Part shown: one piece after another, positions 55,879 through 64,000 of the stretch
Numbering within the stretch: position 1 is the first letter of the stretch
Layout of the letters: each line of letters begins with the position of its first letter
DNA from: Candidatus Zixiibacteriota bacterium
GTDB taxonomy: Bacteria > Zixibacteria > MSB-5A5 > GN15 > FEB-12
DNA: 64,000 nt
Direction of reading: 5' to 3'
Assembly: GCA_040756055.1 (NCBI GenBank)
Contig: JBFLZR010000001.1
Span: forward strand, 63,849 to 127,848
Made by a program: the position numbers and the translations under genes
Notes under the pieces: generated by a model
Told to the model about the DNA's origin: nothing
Databases searched by the model: none
What the model saw: only the letters and a program-made list of their open reading frames with translations

Positions 55879-56871
55879 ATGAACCAGCGTACTCACGCAT
55901 GGCTTGCTATCCGGGCGGTGAAACTGCTCGAGGATTCGAAGGAGGTTCGCGGTCTGGTGAAACTTTTGAAGCCTCATGTGAGAACGGCGGCCATCGGCGC
56001 CTGGATTCCAGACCTTCAGGATTCGAAGAGGGGCAGCGGCGACATAGACAACCATGTCCTTAAGATGGAGCTCTACGATGGTCTCCAGAAAATCAGGTTC
56101 ACGGCTTCGAAAGACGAGATGCTCAAGCGTCTCGGCCCGGGGCGGTTGATGACGTCGTATCTCAAGGCTGACAGTCACCTGACGTCGCAATGGTGGCAGC
56201 AGCCTTACAAAGCCTCGCCGCAGCCGGGTCAGCATTTGGGTAACAGGGCTATGGCGTTGTCGGTCACCATAATCGACCTCTTGATTCTGGGGGATCCTCC
56301 GGTGGCTAGGCTGGTACCGGGGGCGGTGAAATTCGCGGAGAGTCTCGATCCGGAGGCACGTTCAGCCGCCGAGCAGATAGCGACTTATTTTTTCATGCTG
56401 AGCCACTTTTTGGCGGACTCGTGCATGCCTTGCCACTGCGACGCGCGACCTTTATCGGCGTACGCCGCAAACCTGCACCACGAACTGGAGACAAGATGGT
56501 CCAAGAAGGTCGGCACCTATTTTGACAAGAGCAAACTTCTGAAGTGCACTGATACCCCTGACGCTGTCATGGCGAAGGCCAGGAGCATCGATAGCCAGTT
56601 CGGATATAAACTTCCCGTCAAGATACCGAAACTTCCGGTCGAGGATGTCTGGAAAGACGTAGTCAACGTGTGCCGGGGATCATTCGCTGTCGCAAACATC
56701 CTTGCCCCGGTAAAGGATTATCCATTGGACACGGATGAAAAGCCCAGCCTCGACAAGATCATAAAGGATTACGGTGAGCAGCATGTGGCCAAAATAGACA
56801 AGGTGGCGATGCACGACGCCATAGTCAACATCGCCCTGACCTGGAAGCATATCTGGCAGAAGTTCAGATAG
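55879..56871 (+). CDS. Hypothetical protein, possibly zinc-dependent phospholipase C / P1-nuclease fold
   Basis: 330 aa. N-terminal THAWLAIRAVKLL and LSHFLADSCMPCHCD resemble that fold. Weak. Confidence 0.4.
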   Translation: MNQRTHAWLAIRAVKLLEDSKEVRGLVKLLKPHVRTAAIGAWIPDLQDSKRGSGDIDNHVLKMELYDGLQKIRFTASKDEMLKRLGPGRLMTSYLKADSHLTSQWWQQPYKASPQPGQHLGNRAMALSVTIIDLLILGDPPVARLVPGAVKFAESLDPEARSAAEQIATYFFMLSHFLADSCMPCHCDARPLSAYAANLHHELETRWSKKVGTYFDKSKLLKCTDTPDAVMAKARSIDSQFGYKLPVKIPKLPVEDVWKDVVNVCRGSFAVANILAPVKDYPLDTDEKPSLDKIIKDYGEQHVAKIDKVAMHDAIVNIALTWKHIWQKFR

Positions 56872-56919
56872 TTTTTCAGCCTATCTCGCCAGGGTCAATA
56901 CCGTCACGATTCCGGCGCG

Positions 56920-57711
56920 TTAACCGGCCACGGGTTTTCGATGCGACCGGCCGCATCTTGCCCGATTTAGCACCTGCCTGAGGGTGTAGATGAGATCGAC
57001 GTTGTGGAACGGTTTAGTAAAGTAGCCGTCAGCACCCATGCTGATTAATTCCTGCGGCCCATAGCTGCCGGCAAAGCCCGTTATCATGATGACAGGTATC
57101 TCCAGGTCAAATTCTTTGACTTTCACCAGAAGGTCAATTCCGCTCATACCTTCCATCATAATGTCAGTTATGACGGCATCGATCGGCTGTTCCTTCAAGA
57201 CCTCCAGGGCGCGTTCAGCTGATTCGACGCAGATTGGTTTATATCTCTCGAGGAGGAGAAATTGCTCAAGCAAATCGCGGATAAGCGGCTCGTCGTCGAC
57301 CACCAGAATTGTCTCCTTGCCTCGGTCCGTGGCGTTACGAATTTTGGCCTCAAAGGTTTCCTTGGCGATAGGGAGCATTACGATGTCGTCTATTCCTTTC
57401 TGTAAATAATCCCTCACAACAGCATCATCGAATTGGGTATCGACGATAATCACCGGAATAGATTTTGTCCTCGGGTCCTGTTTAACGCTTTGGAGAAGCT
57501 TACTGCCGTGCCCCCGGGAAGCGCTTGCTTCGGCTATGACGAGATCGATGGTATGGTCGGAGTGAAGTATGCGCAGGGCTCGCCTTGGCGAGAACGCCAT
57601 GACCACTTGGCGCCCGAGATCCTCGAGCCACGAAACCAATTCACTCAACTTCCCTGCGCTGTCAGTCAGAAGGAGTACTTTCACGGAAGTTGTCCTTTCA
57701 TAAGATGACAT
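56920..57711 (-). CDS. Tandem-receiver response regulator (degenerate REC plus canonical REC), no output domain
   Basis: Start moved to MSSYERTT. REC2 has VVDDE...DAVITDIMMEGMSG...TKPF. REC1 has Glu (VIAE) at the phospho-acceptor position. Confidence 0.75.
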   Translation of the reverse strand: MSSYERTTSVKVLLLTDSAGKLSELVSWLEDLGRQVVMAFSPRRALRILHSDHTIDLVIAEASASRGHGSKLLQSVKQDPRTKSIPVIIVDTQFDDAVVRDYLQKGIDDIVMLPIAKETFEAKIRNATDRGKETILVVDDEPLIRDLLEQFLLLERYKPICVESAERALEVLKEQPIDAVITDIMMEGMSGIDLLVKVKEFDLEIPVIMITGFAGSYGPQELISMGADGYFTKPFHNVDLIYTLRQVLNRARCGRSHRKPVAG

Positions 57712-58404
57712 GTTACGGCGTGCGCCGAGGTATACACCCGCTATTATCGGTACTACTTCGCTTCTTTTGAGTTCGGGAAACAAAAATCCGCGGACGCACG
57801 ATTGACTCGCATGCGGAGTTGGCGGAAGCACAATATGTAGCAACGACTTGATTGATAAGAAAAGAACTCTTGAAAGAAATGCCGGCTGCTCACCAAGATT
57901 GACTCATGAAGCATTGCCTGAATTGACTAATTGCCTCTGACGTAATAGCAATTCACGCGAAAAGTCATTAAAGGGTTTTCAAGGTGTGGAACAGAGACCA
58001 AAAGGAAATCTCGGCGTTCTTCCGGGCGTTCATTCGCCGACCATCCTTACGATTCGCGGCGTCATCATGTACCTGCGTTTCGGATGGGTAGTTGATCACC
58101 TTGGTCTGAGTAAGACGATTATCACGGCGATCATAGGCGGGGCGATCACGTCGATTACGATACTTCCGTTTTCGTCGATGGCCACCAATAGGCGGGTCGG
58201 CGGAAGAGCTGCTGTCTTTTTGTGGGCAAACTGCTTCAGGCTGAAGACATCGAGCCGGAGTAAACAGCAGCTAAAACGAGAATCTGACATCTGGAGACTG
58301 TCCCCAAGACTCCATCCAAGCGTTTATATTCCATGGCAACTTAGGCCACTTTCACTCGTAAATTGCACTGTAGTTTTGGTCCTTTGTCAAGGAGGCGTTG
58401 TCGC

Positions 58405-58998
58405 ATGGGCAATAGCGAGTGGGTACAGCGGCTGACCGATGCGCTCAAGAAATACGCCGGAGGGTCGGTCTGTCAGGATGTCATGGTTGACAGCGATCAA
58501 TTGCTGTCGATGGATGAAAAACAGAAAGCCGAGTGGGTTTGCCGGGCTATGGAAAAGCTGGATTACCACATTGCCGATAACGATAAGCGCATAAAGATCA
58601 TGACCGAGTGCTCGTGCCGGTGCTACGGTGAGTTCATAGAAGAATTCAAACAGGAGTACCAGGCCAGCCGCGATATCGACAGACTCATTGACCTGATGTA
58701 TGGCAAGGTGTTTTTGAACCGTCCGGTCAGGGAGGGCAATATTGTCTATGTGACCAAAGCGCCTCGTTTTCCCGGCAAACATGCGAAGGCGAAGACACCC
58801 GAAGAAAGGCAGTATTATTTCTGCCATTGTGATTTTGCGCGCGCGGCCGAGGGGGAAATTTCGCCCACATATTGCTTATGCGGGGCAGGATGGTGCAAGC
58901 AGATCTGGGAGCAGGTGCTTGAAAGGCCGGTGCGGGTTGATGTGGTACAATCAGTGCTTCTGGGCGATGATATCTGCCAGTTTGCGGTGTACTTGTAG
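58405..58998 (+). CDS. Cys-rich hypothetical protein (197 aa)
   Basis: GGAGG 9 nt upstream of the internal ATG. CSCRCYGE, FCHCDFAR and YCLCGAGWC motifs. Confidence 0.55.
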   Translation: MGNSEWVQRLTDALKKYAGGSVCQDVMVDSDQLLSMDEKQKAEWVCRAMEKLDYHIADNDKRIKIMTECSCRCYGEFIEEFKQEYQASRDIDRLIDLMYGKVFLNRPVREGNIVYVTKAPRFPGKHAKAKTPEERQYYFCHCDFARAAEGEISPTYCLCGAGWCKQIWEQVLERPVRVDVVQSVLLGDDICQFAVYL

Positions 58999-59348
58999 AA
59001 ATACCTGAACGCTTCTGCGCTGAGAAATTCCTTTTCCAATAACAACTTAGATGAAAAAAACCCAAAAATAGCATATTTTTATAAAAATAAGTTCTATAGT
59101 TACAACACTATGCCGCCTTGGGAGGTTTACCGGCGGTAGTATCTCGAAGCGATCGGGTTGAAATAGCGACGGGCGGAGATGGTCAGTCTCCGCCCTTCTG
59201 AGTAAATTGTGGTTGAACCGTTATCGTTATACAAATTGACAGGGCAGTTTAACGTCGTACCCGGGACCACCGTATACAGCCGCTGCTACAATGAGCCACG
59301 CGCGGAATCGTAAAACGTATCATCGTGTCCTCCAGAGTTTAAGTTATA

Positions 59349-59540
59349 TCAATGTTTCCAGACCACGGCGATTGGGATTCTCCCTATCGTCGTGTGGTGT
59401 TTCGTTTTTGTCTGAGTAGTATTCTCTATGTCGCTTTCGGGGAAGCAGCAGCCGGCAGGCGTCTTTTCACCCGCGCCCGCGATGGCGGCCCGGTTGTCCC
59501 CCCGGACCGGCTTCAAAGCCTGATCGCAGCAGTTTTTCAT
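59349..59540 (-). CDS. Small protein with paired-Cys motifs downstream of arsR
   Basis: 63 aa. GGAGG 8 nt upstream. MKNCCDQ...PAGCCFPE. Confidence 0.45.
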   Translation of the reverse strand: MKNCCDQALKPVRGDNRAAIAGAGEKTPAGCCFPESDIENTTQTKTKHHTTIGRIPIAVVWKH

Positions 59541-59613
59541 CGTATTGACCTCCGTATGCCTATATATCTATATATAGATATACGCATAAGTCAATATATG
59601 TTTCCAAAATTTT

Positions 59614-59943
59614 TTATTTTTTCGGCTTTTTCTTGCCGGTAGCGGTTTTTACGGGGATATCCAGGCAGTCGCAGAATCCCGTGCAGCAGTTTTCGACCGA
59701 GTGTTTGTTGAGACTGTAATAAACCTGCTGGCCATCGCGTCGATCCACAACTATGTCGGCATCGCGAAGGATTCCCAGGTGACGGCTCACGGTGGGCTGG
59801 GACAGGCTTAGGGTTTTGGCTATATCGTTGACCGACATCTCCCCCGACGCCAGAAGCCGGATGATCTTGAAGCGCGAGGTATCGCCGAAGGCTTTGAAAT
59901 AGCGAGTGTAAATTTTTTCTTCCATATTATCACGTCCGGCCAT
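59614..59943 (-). CDS. ArsR/SmtB-family metalloregulator
   Basis: 109 aa. FKAFGDTSRFKIIRLLASGEMSVNDIAKTLSLSQPTVSRHLGILRDA plus a C-terminal CCTGFCDC. Confidence 0.85.
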   Translation of the reverse strand: MAGRDNMEEKIYTRYFKAFGDTSRFKIIRLLASGEMSVNDIAKTLSLSQPTVSRHLGILRDADIVVDRRDGQQVYYSLNKHSVENCCTGFCDCLDIPVKTATGKKKPKK

Positions 59944-60053
59944 TTAGGGTTGACTTGCGGGCCGGTTAACTATCTATATATAACAATATGTATATCGATA
60001 AATGTTCATTTTGTCAAAGGCTTTTGATGACTGACAATTAAGGAGATGATTTT

Positions 60054-61004
60054 ATGATTAATCAGCCGGCACGTATTGTTTGGTTCTTAACGATAACTTG
60101 CACGTTAATATTCGCGGTCGGGTCTTCTGCGCAGGATTCTGCCGAAACTACCGACTTCCCCACCCTGATCGGGCCATACCTCGGACAGGAGCCACCGGGC
60201 ATAGAGCCTGCGTTGTTTGCGGAAGGTATTATTGCGGTTGATGATATCGAACACTGTTTCCCCACGTTTAATTCCGATGGTACCGAGGTTTTCTGGATGA
60301 CCATAAAGAGAGGTTCCAGGCCGAAAATCATGCACATGGAAATGCGTGATGGTGTATGGACAGCGCCCGGGATAGCGCCTTTCTCCGGTGAGTTTTCCGA
60401 TCAGGCGCCGGTTTATTCGCTCGATGGAAACAGACTGTATTTCGCGTCAAACCGGCCGGGCGGCTTTGGCGGTAGCGATATCTGGTATGTGGAGAAGACC
60501 GATTCCGGATGGACTGAGCCGGTCAACCTCGGTTCTCCGCCGAATTCAGAAGACGGTGAGACGCAGCCGACTTTTACAAATGGCGGCAGCGTGTATTTTG
60601 TCGGAAAGATGGACAGCGTGCAGTGGGAACGCGGCATATATCGAAGCCGGTTGATCGATGGAAAATATGCTGAGCGCGAGGCCCTACTCTATCCCATTAA
60701 CACGGAATATGCCGATGCTTACCCGTTCATAGCTCCCGACGAGAGCTATCTCATATTTGCCTCGACCCGTCCCGGCGGCAACAGCGTGGAAACCGATTTA
60801 TACATCAGTTTCATAAACGATGATGGAACATTCGGCGAGCCGCAGCACATGGATGAATCAATCAACAACGGTAAGTCGGTGGGGTTTCCTTATGTTACTC
60901 TCGACGGCAAGTATCTGTTTTTCGGGAGATTTATCGACAGCGGCACCGACGCGTTTTTCTGGGTGGACGGCAAAGTAATCGACAAGTACAGACCTAACCG
61001 GTAG
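60054..61004 (+). CDS. Secreted TolB-like PD40 beta-propeller repeat protein
   Basis: 316 aa with a signal peptide. Repeated S.DG..L.FAS.RPGG.G..DI(W)Y patterns. Confidence 0.75.
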   Translation: MINQPARIVWFLTITCTLIFAVGSSAQDSAETTDFPTLIGPYLGQEPPGIEPALFAEGIIAVDDIEHCFPTFNSDGTEVFWMTIKRGSRPKIMHMEMRDGVWTAPGIAPFSGEFSDQAPVYSLDGNRLYFASNRPGGFGGSDIWYVEKTDSGWTEPVNLGSPPNSEDGETQPTFTNGGSVYFVGKMDSVQWERGIYRSRLIDGKYAEREALLYPINTEYADAYPFIAPDESYLIFASTRPGGNSVETDLYISFINDDGTFGEPQHMDESINNGKSVGFPYVTLDGKYLFFGRFIDSGTDAFFWVDGKVIDKYRPNR

Positions 61005-61749
61005 CCGCGAGTCCGGTCCGAAGCCACGCTGCCCAGTCGGGTCTGCCGTTTTTGGCAGCCATGGATGCAGCCTTGTCCCAGTCGTAATCAACGGCGACAT
61101 TCTCCGCTCTCCATGCGCCCTCACGCGAGGTAACGATGCCGTAGCGAGCGTGGGGCGTTTCGTTTTCTATCACGTGGAAAAGCGGATGGTCATCATCGTA
61201 TGCCTGCAGTCCCACACTTCCGGGATTGACGATTATTGTGTCGGGTAACAGATTCACCACGGCGGGTTTGTGGTCGTGTCCGCACAAAATGACAGGTTGT
61301 GTTATTGACGCGGTTAGACGTTTCAGCTTATCAGGTTTAGTCGATGATGTGCCGGTCTCGTTGACCTCGGTCAGGAGATACTGCTGATCATTTTCGGGGG
61401 TGCCGTGGCAAAGGAAGAATGATTCGAAGGCGACGGTTGTTTTGGGCAGAGATTCGAGCCACCTCAAATTCTTAGCGTTGAGTTGAGAGCGCACAAAATC
61501 AAGCGTAGGATTGGAATGCTCAACTCCGTGATCCTGATAGATGATTCTATCTTCGTTGCCGCATACGGTTGGTATGTTGAGAGACATCAATATTTCGGCC
61601 GTACCGGCGGGATCGAGCGGACCATAGACACAATCACCGAGATTGACGATCGATTCTATGCCCCGGCGCTGAATGTCGCGGAGAACTTCGTGAAGTGCCC
61701 ACGTGTTGCCGTGAACATCGGATATGACGGCTATCTGTAGTGCTTTCAC
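60994..61749 (-). CDS. Calcineurin-like metallophosphoesterase
   Basis: VISDVHGN, GDCVYGP, GNED, HGT and GHDH motifs. Start set at a GTG that forms a GTGA overlap with the upstream ATL gene stop. Confidence 0.8.
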   Translation of the reverse strand: MKALQIAVISDVHGNTWALHEVLRDIQRRGIESIVNLGDCVYGPLDPAGTAEILMSLNIPTVCGNEDRIIYQDHGVEHSNPTLDFVRSQLNAKNLRWLESLPKTTVAFESFFLCHGTPENDQQYLLTEVNETGTSSTKPDKLKRLTASITQPVILCGHDHKPAVVNLLPDTIIVNPGSVGLQAYDDDHPLFHVIENETPHARYGIVTSREGAWRAENVAVDYDWDKAASMAAKNGRPDWAAWLRTGLAATG

Positions 61750-62126
61750 TTTTGGTCCTTTCGGCGCGCCGGCATCCGGGGCGTCCACTGGTATCGCTTG
61801 AGGTCGACGGTATCATCGAGCTTGAACACAATGCCTTCATCGGCCAGCATGGCTCTTTGCATTTCGTAGCCGCGGCCGGGTTTGAGGGATATACAGCCTT
61901 TGGAGTTGATGACCCGGTGCCAGGGGAGCCGCTCTTTATCTGATGACGAGTGAAGAACCCTCACGACCTGCCGTGCCGCGCGCGGGTTACCGGCGAGCGC
62001 GGCTATCTGACCATAGGTAGCGACTCTGCCACGCGGCACTTTTTTTATAACCGTTATCACTCGCCGATGAAACGAGTTGGTCTTTTTATTTTGGCTCACC
62101 ACCATGAACAGAATATCTCCAGCCAA
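61746..62126 (-). CDS. Alkyltransferase-like (ATL) protein of the MGMT family, lacking the acceptor Cys
   Basis: 126 aa. VPRGRVATYGQIAALAG...PWHRVINSKG, with Trp where MGMT has the PCHR cysteine. Confidence 0.75.
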   Translation of the reverse strand: MAGDILFMVVSQNKKTNSFHRRVITVIKKVPRGRVATYGQIAALAGNPRAARQVVRVLHSSSDKERLPWHRVINSKGCISLKPGRGYEMQRAMLADEGIVFKLDDTVDLKRYQWTPRMPARRKDQK

Positions 62127-62259
62127 TGTCCTTTGTCACCGATCAACATTATTAGAGAATTTGCAGAATTCTGATAACTAAATCAACCCTTCAAAACAGC
62201 AAGAAGCGAAGGTCATCTCACCTTCGCTTCCAAATCCGCCGACCGTGAAGAATTCTGTA

Positions 62260-63051
62260 TCAGTAAACGTCCATTATCGGATAGTCATTGATCGGAACTT
62301 TGCGAATTACATAAGTGCCCGAATTCTCGTCCCATTCGCGAATAGCCGCGATAGTCGCCACCCATTCACCACGGGGACGCAGCAACATCATCGACCAGTC
62401 GTACGGCGGGATCATGACGTGGAAGCACACCCGGAATTCCCAGTCTTCGCTGAGAAAAGTGTAATGTTCGACGATGAGAATTTGCGGGTATGTTGCGTAT
62501 ATATCCCACGCCTGGCCGGAGAAGGTCCCCAACTGGGGATACTCAATCTCGAGCCAGTCAGCAAACTGCTGTTGTTTTTCCTGCCCGAGCTCGACGTTGC
62601 CAAGTCCCCAGTCGATAACGTCGACCTGGAGAGTAACGGTCTCGGTGTGCGTCAGGTTGGAGGCAGTCAGAATTATGAAGTGGATACCGAGGGGGATCAG
62701 ATCAGCCGGACTGACAGTAATCTCGAATATGGGCGAATCGGCGCTGGCGACGGGTGTCGAAACAGCGGCCGAAAGACCAGGATCAGCTTCGACACTCAGG
62801 GCCACGTTGCCTTCCAGACTGCCGTTCGGAGCCAGGCGGAGCACGAAAATACCGCCGCCGCCGGGATAGCTCTTCACGTAACTGTACTTGGACTTGATCG
62901 TAAACGAACCGCTACCGGTTAAAGGTTGATCCGGCATCAATTCAAGGGCAGCCCCGGCATACGTCGGCTGGACCGGATTGTCGGTCGAACAACTCGCGAG
63001 GACCATACCCAATACCGTAAGCGTCGCCGCAGCCATCAGAGTTAATCTCAT
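62260..63051 (-). CDS. Lipoprotein, paralogue A (263 aa)
   Basis: Lipobox VLASC. The C-terminal half is near-identical to the neighbour (HYTFLSxDWEFRVCFHVMIPPYDWS). Confidence 0.75.
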   Translation of the reverse strand: MRLTLMAAATLTVLGMVLASCSTDNPVQPTYAGAALELMPDQPLTGSGSFTIKSKYSYVKSYPGGGGIFVLRLAPNGSLEGNVALSVEADPGLSAAVSTPVASADSPIFEITVSPADLIPLGIHFIILTASNLTHTETVTLQVDVIDWGLGNVELGQEKQQQFADWLEIEYPQLGTFSGQAWDIYATYPQILIVEHYTFLSEDWEFRVCFHVMIPPYDWSMMLLRPRGEWVATIAAIREWDENSGTYVIRKVPINDYPIMDVY

Positions 63052-63131
63052 ATACTATTCCTTTAGTTCGATCATACAAGGCGGGAGCACAGTCGCCCCC
63101 GCCATGGAATTGCCAATAGATTCCGTGGATA

Positions 63132-63923
63132 TCAGTACCCGTAGATGACTGGATACTCTTCCACCGGTATCTCGTGAATCACGTAGGTCTGGCTGACTTC
63201 ATCCCATTCGCGTATCGCCGCAATGGTAGCATCCCACTCGCCGCGGCCACGCAGCAACATCTTCGACCAATCATACGGAGGGATCATCACGTGGAAACAC
63301 ACCCTGAATTCCCAGTCAGAGCTCAGGAAGGTATAGTGTTCCACGATCATGATTTGCGGATAGGTTCCGTAGATCTCCCAGTCCTGATTGGAGAAAGTGC
63401 CAAGCTCCGGATGGGCTACATTGAGCCAATCGATGAACCGGTCTTGGGTTTCCTGGGCGATGTTCATACTCAGAATACCCCAGTTGACCACTTCGACCTG
63501 CAGCTCCACGGTCTGGGACATACTCTGATTGTTGGCTGTGACAGTAACGATGTGGGTGGCGAGGGTGACCTGGTTGGTCGGGCTGATGGTGACTTCGAAA
63601 ACCGGGTCGACACTGTTGACCACCGGTGTTGAAACCGAGGCACCGAGCATCTTGTCGGCACTGACGCTCAGGGCAACATCACCAGTGAGATCCGCACCGG
63701 GCACCAGCCGCAGCACAAATATGCCGCCGCCGCCCGGGTAGCTTCTCACATAGGTGTACTTGGCTTCGACATTGAAAGAACCCTCACCGGTTGACGGAAC
63801 TACGGTTTTCTTTTCAACCGTGACCTGGTTCGCAGGCGACTGCACCGGGTTATTCGATGAGCAGCCAGCCACAACCATGCCCAGTATCGCGATAGACGCT
63901 ACCGTGGTCAGAAACAGCCTCAT
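63132..63923 (-). CDS. Lipoprotein, paralogue B (263 aa)
   Basis: Lipobox VVAGC. Same length as, and collinear with, 62260-63051. Confidence 0.75.
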   Translation of the reverse strand: MRLFLTTVASIAILGMVVAGCSSNNPVQSPANQVTVEKKTVVPSTGEGSFNVEAKYTYVRSYPGGGGIFVLRLVPGADLTGDVALSVSADKMLGASVSTPVVNSVDPVFEVTISPTNQVTLATHIVTVTANNQSMSQTVELQVEVVNWGILSMNIAQETQDRFIDWLNVAHPELGTFSNQDWEIYGTYPQIMIVEHYTFLSSDWEFRVCFHVMIPPYDWSKMLLRGRGEWDATIAAIREWDEVSQTYVIHEIPVEEYPVIYGY

Positions 63924-64000
63924 ATAATTCTCCTCTAGCCCCCCGTTGTTTGCGATTCGGCTTTATTGCCAGTTTAGTATCCGTAATAATAAGTCCAGTC

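Overview
This 64-kb bacterial window has a GC-rich core, probably from an uncultivated, flagellated, cytochrome-rich organism. The core is interrupted by a 26.8-kb AT-richer integrative island. Spot counts of single 60-nt lines give 40/60 G+C at 11341-11400 and 23/60 at 31141-31200.

Core genes, left side:
- A Rieske / cytochrome b / multiheme cytochrome c operon. The cytochrome c gene is absent from the ORF track because it runs off the left edge.
- RidA, an HD-GYP phosphodiesterase, mfd, motAB, a cation/H+ antiporter and a GNAT acetyltransferase.
- A low-GC five-gene cassette of uncharacterized proteins at 6.1-8.45 kb.
- A 1.4-kb ORF-free block of nested palindromic and tandem repeats at 8.45-9.86 kb.

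The island (17958-44798):
- It sits in the 3' end of an initiator tRNA-Met gene and is bounded by a perfect 56-bp direct repeat.
- Maintenance and mobilization genes are a tyrosine integrase, two Xis-like HTH proteins, a TraD/HerA-like ATPase, a replication-relaxation protein, a RuvC-like resolvase, an XRE regulator, a large serine recombinase and ArdC.
- Its main cargo is a translationally coupled four-gene operon: PLD-SNF2 helicase, then an Eco57I/PglX-like N6-adenine methyltransferase, then a 68-aa protein, then a PHP-domain ABC/SMC-like ATPase. I consider this the best candidate for a new composite defence system.
- A second cargo pair sits next to attR: a SAMHD1-like HD protein and an M78-like protein with HDxxH in place of HExxH.
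- About 440 bp between the RuvC-like and replication-relaxation genes is non-coding and has perfect nested long-range inverted repeats. It could be a structured RNA, a single-strand origin or an oriT.

Core genes, right side:
- A five-gene operon: a His-rich membrane protein, a 20-heme and a 16-heme cytochrome c, a putative outer-membrane beta-barrel and an FeS/FAD oxidoreductase. The layout resembles a porin-cytochrome conduit.
- Assorted genes follow: DUF1761, a beta-lactamase-family hydrolase, a C39-like peptidase with dockerin, a response regulator, ArsR, a PD40 propeller protein, a metallophosphoesterase, an alkyltransferase-like (ATL) protein and two tandem paralogous lipoproteins.

All functional calls come from motif reading by eye. 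No database search was possible.
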